Shown here one piece after another: positions 8,632-16,558 of a stretch of 64,000 nt of DNA. A program made the position numbers and the translations under genes. The notes under the pieces were generated by a model. That model was not told where the DNA came from. It saw only the letters and a list, made by a program, of their open reading frames with translations, and made no database searches. How positions within the stretch are numbered: position 1 is the stretch's first letter; every line of letters starts with the position of its first letter. The DNA is from a virus (lineage: Duplodnaviria > Caudoviricetes), in the IMG/VR virus record IMGVR_UViG_2595698952_000001, positions 160,001 through 224,000 of that record; one strand, written 5' to 3'.

Positions 8632-9216
8632 GTGCTGACGTGTAAAGGGCACTGGCTGGGCTGATAACCCCGCCGGGACGGTTTCATCTGAGGGGTTGGG
8701 TGAAGTGAAGAAACGTGGCACACCAATAAGTCCACGTTAACCGGATTGCATAAAGCACTACCTGCGGGTAGGCAATCCTGCCGTCTAACATTATTCGGTG
8801 ATTAAACATGGAAGAGTTGTTCAGAGCGTTTCTGTACCGAATGGGTACCTGGTTGAAAGACCTCAAGCTCTGGAAGCTCGATTGCTATTGGTTATCAGGA
8901 TGTGGGACTGAACGCCATAAACCTGTTTTAGGACGAGAGTCCTCAACCCAGGCGAAGTCCGTTACGGACGAAGGTCAAGCACCGGCCCATTAAGCCGACT
9001 CGCTGACATAGGCAACCTTCACCCCACAATCTGAATGTAACTGATGGGATTGAGTTCCCAGTGTGAAAGAGTAGCAGTGTGCTACTGAGTTCCTCCCTGG
9101 GACTGCTGAGCAGCGAGGGAATAGGGCCAAGAAGAAAGTAAGTAGGGTTGGTGCTTGGAGGCGCTAAGACCGGGGGATACCCTGGCTCAGAAGAAGAAGT
9201 CCATCAACCTCACTTA
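8632..9216 (+). ncRNA. ~585-nt large ornate ncRNA, ROOL-like candidate
   Basis: Long-range helix GGGTGAAG(8698)/CTTCACCC(9017); two adjacent pseudoknot pairings; many hairpins; abuts a tRNA. Confidence 0.6.
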
Positions 9217-9218
9217 AT

Positions 9219-9294
9219 GCGAGTATAGCTCAGCTGGTAGAGCTTCTGGTTCCCAACCAGACGGTCGTGAGTTCGAATCTCATTGCTCGCTCCA
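9219..9294 (+). tRNA. trnG: tRNA-Gly(CCC)
   Basis: TCTGG-TT CCC AA-CCAGA; acceptor GCGAGTA/TGCTCGC; TCCA end. Confidence 0.92.
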
Positions 9295-9403
9295 ACAAAA
9301 TCAATGACTTATAGCGATTTCCCCATTTCGCTACAAGACAACCTAAGTATATGTAAAACAACCAAGACGTGTGCGAATTCGAAGTTGAGTTCTCAGACGT
9401 ATT

Positions 9404-9489
9404 GGCGCGGTACTCAAGTGGTCAACGAGAGCAGACTGTAAATCTGTTGCCTTCGGGCTTCGTAGGTTCAAATCCTTCCCTCGCCACCA
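9404..9489 (+). tRNA. trnY: tRNA-Tyr(GTA)
   Basis: GCAGA-CT GTA AA-TCTGT, long variable arm, ACCA end; one acceptor mismatch. Confidence 0.92.
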
Positions 9490-9495
9490 ATATTT

Positions 9496-9570
9496 GTTCC
9501 TGTCGTCTAGTGGTAAGGACACCTGGTTTTCAACCAGGCAACCGGAGTTCAATTCTCCGCAGGAACGCCA
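9496..9570 (+). tRNA. trnE: tRNA-Glu(TTC)
   Basis: CCTGG-TT TTC AA-CCAGG; GCCA end. Confidence 0.94.
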
Positions 9571-9575
9571 AACAA

Positions 9576-9722
9576 TGACACTGACCCTCGCCGCCATTGA
9601 GCAGCTTAGAGGTCTGGCAGCCAATAAAGGCATCCGTAAGTAACCGTAGCCTTCGGGCGTAGATGGTGAAAGCCGCCAAGTGCAGCCTTAGAACTCCGTG
9701 GGATTCGGAGGAGTGTCACCCA
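9576..9722 (+). ncRNA. 147-nt tRNA-like RNA with acceptor stem and CCA but no anticodon arm
   Basis: TGACACT/AGTGTCA + C + CCA; T-arm-like CTCCG-TGGGATT-CGGAG; internal UUCG and GAAA tetraloop hairpins. Confidence 0.55.
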
Positions 9723-9726
9723 TTTT

Positions 9727-9804
9727 AGGATTGTAGCTCAGTTGGTCTAGAGTGCCGCCCTGTCACGGCGGAGGTCGCGGGTTCGAGCCCCGTCAGTCCT
9801 GCCA
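9727..9804 (+). tRNA. trnD: tRNA-Asp(GTC)
   Basis: CCGCC-CT GTC AC-GGCGG; GCCA end. Confidence 0.95.
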
Positions 9805-9813
9805 TTTTTAAAT

Positions 9814-9889
9814 TGCGTCTTAGCTCAGTTGGTAGAGCGCACCCCTGATAAGGGTGAGGTCACTGGTTCAAGTCCAGTAGATGCAACCA
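9814..9889 (+). tRNA. trnI: tRNA-Ile(GAT)
   Basis: CACCC-CT GAT AA-GGGTG; ACCA end. Confidence 0.95.
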
Positions 9890-9895
9890 GTATTC

Positions 9896-9971
9896 GGTTC
9901 TGTAGCTTAGCTGGTAGAGCACGCCACTCATAATGGCGCGGTCGTTGGTTCGAATCCAGCCAGAACCACCA
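9896..9971 (+). tRNA. tRNA with CAT anticodon (elongator Met more likely than Ile2)
   Basis: CGCCA-CT CAT AA-TGGCG; ACCA end; lacks the initiator GGG/CCC anticodon stem. Confidence 0.88.
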
Positions 9972-9978
9972 TTTCAAC

Positions 9979-10056
9979 GGTGTATGTAGTTCAGCTGGTT
10001 AGAATACTGGCTTGTGACGTCAGTGGTCGAGAGTTCGAGTCTCTCCATACACCCCA
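9979..10056 (+). tRNA. trnH: tRNA-His(GTG)
   Basis: CTGGC-TT GTG AC-GTCAG; G-1:C73 pair; CCA end. Confidence 0.94.
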
Positions 10057-10061
10057 ATTCT

Positions 10062-10151
10062 GGAGAATTGTCCGAGAGGCTTAAAGAGCTCCCCTGCTAA
10101 GGGAGTGGTGGCGAAAGCTGCCCGTGTGTTCGAATCACACATTCTCCGCCA
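10062..10151 (+). tRNA. trnS: tRNA-Ser(GCT)
   Basis: CTCCC-CT GCT AA-GGGAG, long variable arm, GCCA end. Confidence 0.95.
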
Positions 10152-10157
10152 AACAAT

Positions 10158-10277
10158 AGTCGCCTAGCTCAAGATTAGAGCACACCTTACGACCAATACT
10201 GACCAACACGCACCGCGGTGCAATAATGGCGGTGGCGTGATGTGCGGTTACCGGTTCAAGTCCGGTGGTGACTTCCC
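10158..10277 (+). ncRNA. tRNA-like RNA with a ~45-nt insertion extending the anticodon arm
   Basis: Acceptor AGTCGCC/GGTGACT, D arm GCTC/GAGC, T arm ACCGG-TTCAAGT-CCGGT; the anticodon arm is a long interrupted hairpin. Confidence 0.7.
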
Positions 10278-10284
10278 TATAATG

Positions 10285-10347
10285 GCTACTCCCGGTCGGT
10301 CTGGGGTCGTCTGTAAAGACGAGGATGGTTCAAATCCGTCAGTGGCA
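10285..10347 (+). ncRNA. Shrunken (~63 nt) Tyr-like tRNA mimic or pseudo-tRNA
   Basis: GCTACT/AGTGGC acceptor, TCGTC-TGTAAA-GACGA arm (6-nt loop), T arm GATGG-TTCAAAT-CCGTC; no CCA. Confidence 0.55.
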
Positions 10348-10348
10348 A

Positions 10349-10425
10349 GAGCGATGCTGTTAAGATGGTTAACACCCGACTCATAATCGGATATTCGCAG
10401 GTTCGATTCCTGTCATCGTTCGCCC
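10349..10425 (+). tRNA. Divergent CAT-anticodon tRNA (Ile2-like)
   Basis: CCGA-CT CAT AA-TCGG, T arm GCAGG-TTCGATT-CCTGT; C instead of U8, possible 8-bp acceptor, ends GCCC. Confidence 0.65.
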
Positions 10426-10431
10426 TATTTT

Positions 10432-10508
10432 GGTTCCATAGCTCAGTTGGTTAGAGCGGCTGCCTGTTAAGCAGTAGGTCCCTGGTTCGAGTCCAGGTGG
10501 TACCGCCA
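10432..10508 (+). tRNA. trnN: tRNA-Asn(GTT)
   Basis: GCTGC-CT GTT AA-GCAGT; GCCA end. Confidence 0.94.
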
Positions 10509-10803
10509 CATTTGTGTTGCCCTAGTCCCGAAGACGTTCCGGAAAAACCTATTCATGGTCGGGGGTAACACGAACACATTCGCTGTCTTGCATCCTTTAC
10601 GTTAGTCTCCAGACGCGTTTCGGGGCGCGGGACGGTGAACCCCTTTCTGGTTGCATTTCCATTTTCATGAACCCTGCCTGGTGTGTTGGTGTTTATGTAA
10701 CCAGAATCAATTAGCCCATGCCGATGTGCTATTGTCTTCCGAACGCGACCCGCGTTCTGCCCAGGAAGACGCCTGCTGTAGTTTCAATGCCAGTACCAGG
10801 GAA

Positions 10804-10846
10804 GCACCTACTCTTCGGAGTAGGTGCAATCTCTTTTTATTTTTTT
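10804..10846 (+). terminator. Terminator ending the tRNA/ncRNA operon
   Basis: GCACCTACTC-TTCG-GAGTAGGTGC followed by T tracts. Confidence 0.85.
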
Positions 10847-10863
10847 GCATTCAAAAATATCAC

Positions 10864-10885
10864 AGATATATTTTACCTATTGGAG
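10864..10885 (+). promoter_or_regulatory. Early-type promoter (AGATATATTTTACCTA)
   Basis: Near-identical to 63775-63796; resembles the phiKZ early TATATTAC motif. Confidence 0.55.
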
Positions 10886-10943
10886 ATGAGAAAACCTTAT
10901 CTCCAAGCGACCCATTCGACTATAGCCTTAAAGGAGTTATACC

Positions 10944-11921
10944 ATGCCACGTAATTATCGCCCTACTGCTGCTTCTGCCATCGATGGTTTAGTGGCTGCG
11001 CATTACAGTCGTGAAGAAGCAACCATGATTCGCCCGTTCCTGCCTTTGCACTTCGATAACTTCGTTGCATTACCGAGTGCGAACTATGAATTCTGGAGTG
11101 CGTACCGTGCGGTACAAGATGCCCTGACGTACGACCGTCACAAGTTCCGTTTCTATTTCTGGCGTGATGAAGAAAAGAGCCACATCCCAAACAGCCCGTA
11201 CGTCAAGATGTACTACGAATCCCCCACGTTCAAAGCAGAGTTCAGCACCATTGAATTCATCCGTCACTTTGGCCGTGCTCTGTTTACTGACCATGGCTCA
11301 GATGGCCTGGGACGTAAGCTCAATTACGTTAACGGTGGATTACGGATTAAGACCCGTATCCTGAGAGAGTTGTTTGATGAGATTGGTAAAGAGACTGATA
11401 ACCCAGCACCGTGGTTCAACGGGTATCGTCGTCCAACCATCTCGGTACTGATTCCACCCCAGCCAACTGTGTTCACTCCACGCGAAGTATTAATCGCCTG
11501 GCGTGCCGGTGAGCGCGTTCATCGTACGTTACACGGTGGTCGCTTTGACCGTAAGCAACACTGGATTAACCCAATGCAAGATGGTTGGGATATTGCCCGC
11601 TACTTAGACTTGCAGGCATACCGTGAGTCAAAAGGTTTCATCTCGTCACAAGAGTTCCACCGTCTGCGTTCGGATGTCATCACGGTATTAACGGCCACGG
11701 ATATTTTCCCGGCCTACACCATGTACCACCGTTCACTGATTCTTAACAACCATATCTTCGGCGAGTCTATCGACCCCACTGGGTATCAACGATTAGATTT
11801 GCCAGCAGTTGACAACGTTCATCCCATCGGGTACCTCACCCCGAAGAACAATTACAGCGTAACCATGCCGAGCGATGTGTTCAGCATGTTTACACCGGAT
11901 GAATGGCACGCCGTATTGTAG
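10944..11921 (+). CDS. Hypothetical protein (probably early)
   Basis: AAGGAG RBS, 325-aa ORF, own promoter and terminator (11936-11967). Confidence 0.8.
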   Translation: MPRNYRPTAASAIDGLVAAHYSREEATMIRPFLPLHFDNFVALPSANYEFWSAYRAVQDALTYDRHKFRFYFWRDEEKSHIPNSPYVKMYYESPTFKAEFSTIEFIRHFGRALFTDHGSDGLGRKLNYVNGGLRIKTRILRELFDEIGKETDNPAPWFNGYRRPTISVLIPPQPTVFTPREVLIAWRAGERVHRTLHGGRFDRKQHWINPMQDGWDIARYLDLQAYRESKGFISSQEFHRLRSDVITVLTATDIFPAYTMYHRSLILNNHIFGESIDPTGYQRLDLPAVDNVHPIGYLTPKNNYSVTMPSDVFSMFTPDEWHAVL

Positions 11922-12009
11922 GTGAAGTCGATGCTTAGGGGTCCTTAGTGGCCCCTATTTTTTTTTTGTATTTTTACGGTTCCGCTATTAGTTATAGGAG
12001 GTAGTCGCC

Positions 12010-12417
12010 GTGAAACATACAACTCATCAATATCTGGAATTCTATTCCGCGTTAGAACAAGGCAGTATCCCGACTTCCATTAATCCAGGAAGTGAATGGG
12101 AGCAACATCTCTTCTGCGATTTAATCCCGTTACTGACAATGCACCCGCATTACCAGAAATGGTTTGAGTCGTTAGAGAAAGTCCACGCTGTTGGATTCCG
12201 CCGTGGGGTTGATTCCCCGGTGGTCGATACAGGCATCAACATTACCCGCACTGAGTGCACCTCACCCACCGAGAAGTTCATTAACTCATTCATGAAAGAA
12301 ATGGCCAATGCTTTAATCAGTAGAAGCCATCCCTATGAGGAACTGTTCGCGGTGTTGCTGGATGGGATTTATACATTCCAACTCAAACATTATAAAACCC
12401 TTTCCACACTACATTAA
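12010..12417 (+). CDS. Hypothetical protein
   Basis: AGGAGG RBS before GTG. Confidence 0.75.
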   Translation: MKHTTHQYLEFYSALEQGSIPTSINPGSEWEQHLFCDLIPLLTMHPHYQKWFESLEKVHAVGFRRGVDSPVVDTGINITRTECTSPTEKFINSFMKEMANALISRSHPYEELFAVLLDGIYTFQLKHYKTLSTLH

Positions 12418-12485
12418 CCTTTTTTACGGCACCTACCATTTCTTTTGGGAGTCTGTGCTGTAATAGATTCCAAAGGAGACGTAAC

Positions 12486-12875
12486 ATGAAGACGAAACTG
12501 CGTCCGATGGACGTGATTATGGCTCATCCGGATACCCTCAAGAACATTAAGCCACGCAGTGAACTTGATAGTGCCCTTATCGAGATGACACTGTGGGGTT
12601 TCACATTCCACCCGGATGAACACCACAACACGAAGCATTTGGATGTGGCTGCTGATGCAGAGATTGACTGGTCGGTTAAAGAGGGTTTCGAAGATGTAGA
12701 AGCCTACGTGACCAGTTCCACGCAACCAGCCCGTTTCCCGGTTGCTGGTGAAGCTGAGAACATTATCTCTTTGCGCCGCTTGCTTAACGCGCAACCCGAA
12801 GTTGTCCGCGAGGGAGATGCGTGGGCGGCTGGCACAGCGTGCCATTTGAAGAACATGCTTACCCAGGCCGGTTAA
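12486..12875 (+). CDS. Hypothetical protein
   Basis: AAGGAG RBS; terminator at 12886-12925. Confidence 0.8.
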   Translation: MKTKLRPMDVIMAHPDTLKNIKPRSELDSALIEMTLWGFTFHPDEHHNTKHLDVAADAEIDWSVKEGFEDVEAYVTSSTQPARFPVAGEAENIISLRRLLNAQPEVVREGDAWAAGTACHLKNMLTQAG

Positions 12876-12926
12876 AATAGAAGTACCCCTACTCGATTGA
12901 GTAGGGGCTGTTTCTTTTTTTTTCTT

Positions 12927-13739
12927 TTACGCTTTGAAACGTCCGGCGTTAAGATAGTTGTAACGGTTACCGATGTCATCGTTGTGGATGAGTGCACGTT
13001 GCATCCGCGGTAAGTTGTCGTTGAACATCTCACCGGAATCTTCATACTTCTCAATGAAGTTACGGAAGGCACCGAACTCCATCCCGTTTTCCAGTTTCCC
13101 GGCATCCATGTCAAACATCATCTTGTTGTAGATGTACTGTCGGGTAGCGTACAACCCTAAGTCAGCGACAACCGGATAGAACGGCGGTTTGATTTCGTTC
13201 AGGTCATCAGACAACATGAACTTCGCCATAATCTTCGTGGCGTAGACAAACATGCCTGGGTCTTTGATACGAATCACGTTCGGGCCTAATACCTTACATT
13301 CCGGCGAACCGATACGGGGCATGGCGGACTGACTGTCAACGACCTGCTGGGTGGAAGACATTACCCCGGTCGATGCACCATCAAGGTATGAACCCGCGGG
13401 CGGTAGCGTGTACGCTTGTCCCGCGACCGGCGTAACCGCCAGGTGTGCATCAATAAGCGGACGACCACCCGTTTTGATATCGTCGATGTAATAGACACGA
13501 CTGTAGTAGTCTTGCGTGTCGTTTTCATACGCCACCCCCTGTAAGTCAATCTCGGTATACTGACCCATCCGTGAGACTTCGGGAATCAAATACTCCTTAA
13601 AGACTTTTTCGCTGATCTCGTTATCCAGGGAAGAGGCGATCCCGAGTAGGCGAAGGTTTTCTGGTGCAAATGCAGCCCGTAGAATGGGCTCTGGGATCTC
13701 GCGGCGGATACGCCGGAGACAATAATCGATAACACTCAT
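12927..13739 (-). CDS. Conserved protein, putative virion structural protein
   Basis: Start MSVIDYCLRRIRREIP with AGGAG RBS; TATG late-type motif upstream. Confidence 0.6.
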   Translation of the reverse strand: MSVIDYCLRRIRREIPEPILRAAFAPENLRLLGIASSLDNEISEKVFKEYLIPEVSRMGQYTEIDLQGVAYENDTQDYYSRVYYIDDIKTGGRPLIDAHLAVTPVAGQAYTLPPAGSYLDGASTGVMSSTQQVVDSQSAMPRIGSPECKVLGPNVIRIKDPGMFVYATKIMAKFMLSDDLNEIKPPFYPVVADLGLYATRQYIYNKMMFDMDAGKLENGMEFGAFRNFIEKYEDSGEMFNDNLPRMQRALIHNDDIGNRYNYLNAGRFKA

Positions 13740-13899
13740 TCTAGAGCTCCTGTAAAGCACGTACGTCGGTTCATAGCATCGGGTAATATGATTGCTAACG
13801 CCAATAAAAAATACGCGTAGCGCCCTTTCTGTGCGCACCATACTCGAAGATATTTTGCATAGATATTATCTTCGTGAAGTTCCCCTTAAGGAGTATTAA

Positions 13900-14223
13900 A
13901 TGACGCGCGTGTATTTCAATTTTCGATTAGACGTGAGTCACGTATTAACGCTGAGTCCCCAGAGGGCGTTGCTCTGTATGCAAGAGCTCATCTATCCGGG
14001 GCTACATGACTTACCGTCTGAGCACTTAAGTATTGCCGAAAGATATTTCGGTTCGGAAGCGTGGTACATGATATCAGCACTCGGTCGTTACCATCGCAAT
14101 CCTTTCCTTTACAATAACGGAGTTGTGCAAACGTGGTCAGAATTCACCTCGAGCCAAATGCGGTTCACAATTGCTTCTGGGGCGCAGTGGAGTCATCCTC
14201 ATATGCTACCACTTTGCGGATGA
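13900..14223 (+). CDS. Hypothetical protein
   Basis: TAAGGAG RBS; first gene after the promoter motif at 13859. Confidence 0.75.
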   Translation: MTRVYFNFRLDVSHVLTLSPQRALLCMQELIYPGLHDLPSEHLSIAERYFGSEAWYMISALGRYHRNPFLYNNGVVQTWSEFTSSQMRFTIASGAQWSHPHMLPLCG

Positions 14224-14786
14224 CACCTCAGGAGAAACAGACCGTTACGGTGCAGTTGCTACACACGGCATTGGAAGACATCTTTTATTCCATTCCGTCT
14301 GAACCCAACTGTCGCCTGTCCGACCACTTAGAACCGTTCGTCGATTGTTTTGAATTGACAATGGCATTGGTGGCCGATCAAATCATTGCACCGCCTAAGC
14401 GTATTCAGCGTAATACGTTGATAGTGTCTAACGGAGGGTTGGGAGCATCTCCAGTTGGGCGGCGGTCACAAGAAGTGGCGGTATTAAAACCGGCCAGTTA
14501 TCTTCTGGGCATTGCTTTTGAACCTTGCTACGACGTGTTCCTTAACGAAGTAGAAGGTGTTGTGCGTGCGGCTTTCGAAGCGGCGAAGCAACCGTATAAC
14601 CGTTATGCAACGGTCGAGGTTGAACCGCATCTCACCCCGCGTGGTCAGGTAGCTACACTGGAGTTGAAAATTGGAGAGGACATCCGCTTTATCCACTACC
14701 GCAAGTCCTTCCCAAACAAAAGATATCGTCCACATGACGCTCATCGATCACATCGCGAGCAAGGCGTATCTGAGGATTTTGAATGA
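14220..14786 (+). CDS. Hypothetical protein
   Basis: ATGA overlap with the previous gene (MTPQEK). Confidence 0.7.
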   Translation: MTPQEKQTVTVQLLHTALEDIFYSIPSEPNCRLSDHLEPFVDCFELTMALVADQIIAPPKRIQRNTLIVSNGGLGASPVGRRSQEVAVLKPASYLLGIAFEPCYDVFLNEVEGVVRAAFEAAKQPYNRYATVEVEPHLTPRGQVATLELKIGEDIRFIHYRKSFPNKRYRPHDAHRSHREQGVSEDFE

Positions 14787-15102
14787 CGATAGGTTGGCCA
14801 GTCGTTCAGGTTACGACATCCAACAAATCAAACACATCATCCTGGACTTGATTGAGTATTTTGTCGGCAATGTAACGGAACATGGAGCATGGGACAGTCG
14901 TGTCGTGACGGCTATCGCAAACTGCTACCGGAAATCCAGCGCAGCGGAAGTGACGATGTTTGCTACACAGGTGCGTCTGGCCATGAGCGAGGAAATGGGC
15001 ATTCCTCTCAAAGGTTGGCGTTATCATTATCGGATAGTGGGTAGGTTTATCCGCTTTATCCCTCGCAAGATAACAGACGTTTATGATGACTATCTACCTT
15101 GA
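14734..15102 (+). CDS. Hypothetical protein
   Basis: Overlapping operon ORF (MTLIDHIASK); start uncertain. Confidence 0.6.
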   Translation: MTLIDHIASKAYLRILNDDRLASRSGYDIQQIKHIILDLIEYFVGNVTEHGAWDSRVVTAIANCYRKSSAAEVTMFATQVRLAMSEEMGIPLKGWRYHYRIVGRFIRFIPRKITDVYDDYLP

Positions 15103-15481
15103 CTTCCCGCACACATATGCGGAGATGTTAGCGATTGTCAGAAAGTTTGCTTATAAGAGCTATCTGGATGTGGCGGATACTGTTGATTACTATCTCGAGC
15201 AACTTATCCGGTTGGAAGTGCTACGGCGTAAGCATAACGTAGCCTACCCGATACTCCGTGATATCTTCGGCGAGATTGTGAGAAAGCACCCGTTGATGGA
15301 TAGCGATGAGCACTACTTCAACTGTCGCGCCATTGAGATTTATTTACAGAACTCCACTCGTCTATGGGACTTGGTGGAAGAGGAGCTGACGATGCTCCCC
15401 AGTACCGACTTTCTGCTCTGGCATGTGGAATTCGGTATCTGGAAAATGTATACAGCAGGAGTTATCCATGTTGGAGAGTGA
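15083..15481 (+). CDS. Hypothetical protein
   Basis: Overlapping operon ORF. Confidence 0.65.
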   Translation: MMTIYLDFPHTYAEMLAIVRKFAYKSYLDVADTVDYYLEQLIRLEVLRRKHNVAYPILRDIFGEIVRKHPLMDSDEHYFNCRAIEIYLQNSTRLWDLVEEELTMLPSTDFLLWHVEFGIWKMYTAGVIHVGE

Positions 15482-15977
15482 GTATTTCTTTATCCCGGAC
15501 TATCAGCTTATCTGTGGTCCGCTCTCGGAGTTTGACCCTAACTGCATTCTCCGTGAGGTAAACGATGACCTGAATAGCATCATCAATTTGGCGATGTCGT
15601 TTGTAGAGAAGGGCACCATCGGCGAACAAGTCGGGTTCAGTATGCCGAAGACCTTTGAGTTCGTAGCCCGTGAGATGAATGCACGCGGTTATGTTATTGA
15701 AGGTGACAGCATCATTGAATACGGCGTGGCAATACAGGAAGTAGGTAAGGCGTTCATGACAGCTGTGTCGAACAATCCCTATTGGTTCACACGGTACGGT
15801 ACTTGGGTAGGTGCCCGGTACGGCGCAAAGAGTCAAACGGGCGGGGTGGAATTCCTGTTACGTTACTCAATGCAGAAGTTCCCTCAGTACGAGCAACCAG
15901 GGATGGCTGAGAAAGTGACACCAACATTACTGGCGGTAATCGAAATGCTGTTTGGTAATTTGGGAGGGAAGTTATGA
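15468..15977 (+). CDS. Hypothetical protein
   Basis: AGGAG RBS before MLESEYFF. Confidence 0.75.
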   Translation: MLESEYFFIPDYQLICGPLSEFDPNCILREVNDDLNSIINLAMSFVEKGTIGEQVGFSMPKTFEFVAREMNARGYVIEGDSIIEYGVAIQEVGKAFMTAVSNNPYWFTRYGTWVGARYGAKSQTGGVEFLLRYSMQKFPQYEQPGMAEKVTPTLLAVIEMLFGNLGGKL

Positions 15978-16558
15978 GAATCATGTTTGATGTACCGAAT
16001 GAAGTTAATCGGTACGGGGCCATGAAGTTCTTTGAGACCGTGCGGGATAATGTCCTGCACGCCATCGAAGCCGGGAACCTGGAGATTGCCGAAAGTAACA
16101 TTCGGCAGTTTTATCAGGACTATGCCTGGGCATACATCATTGCCACCAAGAACCGTAACCCTGCCATGCTGGATAAGTATCTGATGCAGGTGACCTGTGA
16201 CCCGATTGGGGACTGGACACCGATGACGGATGCATCTGGTGCGGAAATTCAGTTAGGGGCTTTAGCAAGCGATAAGCCGTTGCCAGACCACATGCTCATC
16301 ATTGACGACCAGTTCGCCAGCGGTGAAGATGAGACGTACACGTTTTTGTGTGCCGAAGACAGCAACACGCTATCACACTTTGCCGCACTTGAGGCAGTAA
16401 AGGAGCGCCTGACGCACGAGCTGACTACCCGAACCGGGTTAGCCGCTCTGATTGAATCGATGTTGCCGGGAGACTTCTCGTCGTACGTCGGGGAATCATT
16501 TGACGGTATGGTGGTAATTTGTCATGAAACTTTACTTGGACGTGGCGGAAATATTTGA
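15974..16558 (+). CDS. Hypothetical protein
   Basis: GGAGG RBS, ATGA coupling. Confidence 0.75.
   Translation: MRIMFDVPNEVNRYGAMKFFETVRDNVLHAIEAGNLEIAESNIRQFYQDYAWAYIIATKNRNPAMLDKYLMQVTCDPIGDWTPMTDASGAEIQLGALASDKPLPDHMLIIDDQFASGEDETYTFLCAEDSNTLSHFAALEAVKERLTHELTTRTGLAALIESMLPGDFSSYVGESFDGMVVICHETLLGRGGNI

Noticed and set aside
8712-8780. Pistol ribozyme-like CGTGG..CCACGTTAA
   Set aside because: No nearby pseudoknot partner or AAGCG/GU cleavage elements; the loop instead pairs with 8887-8892
9041-9070. Hammerhead-like CTGATG...GAAA
   Set aside because: Core reads CTGATGG rather than CTGANGA, and stems I and III are missing
9576-9722. tmRNA call
   Set aside because: Too short, no GGGG start, no G3:U70 pair, no TTCRA T-loop and no LAA-ending tag; kept only as an unknown tRNA mimic
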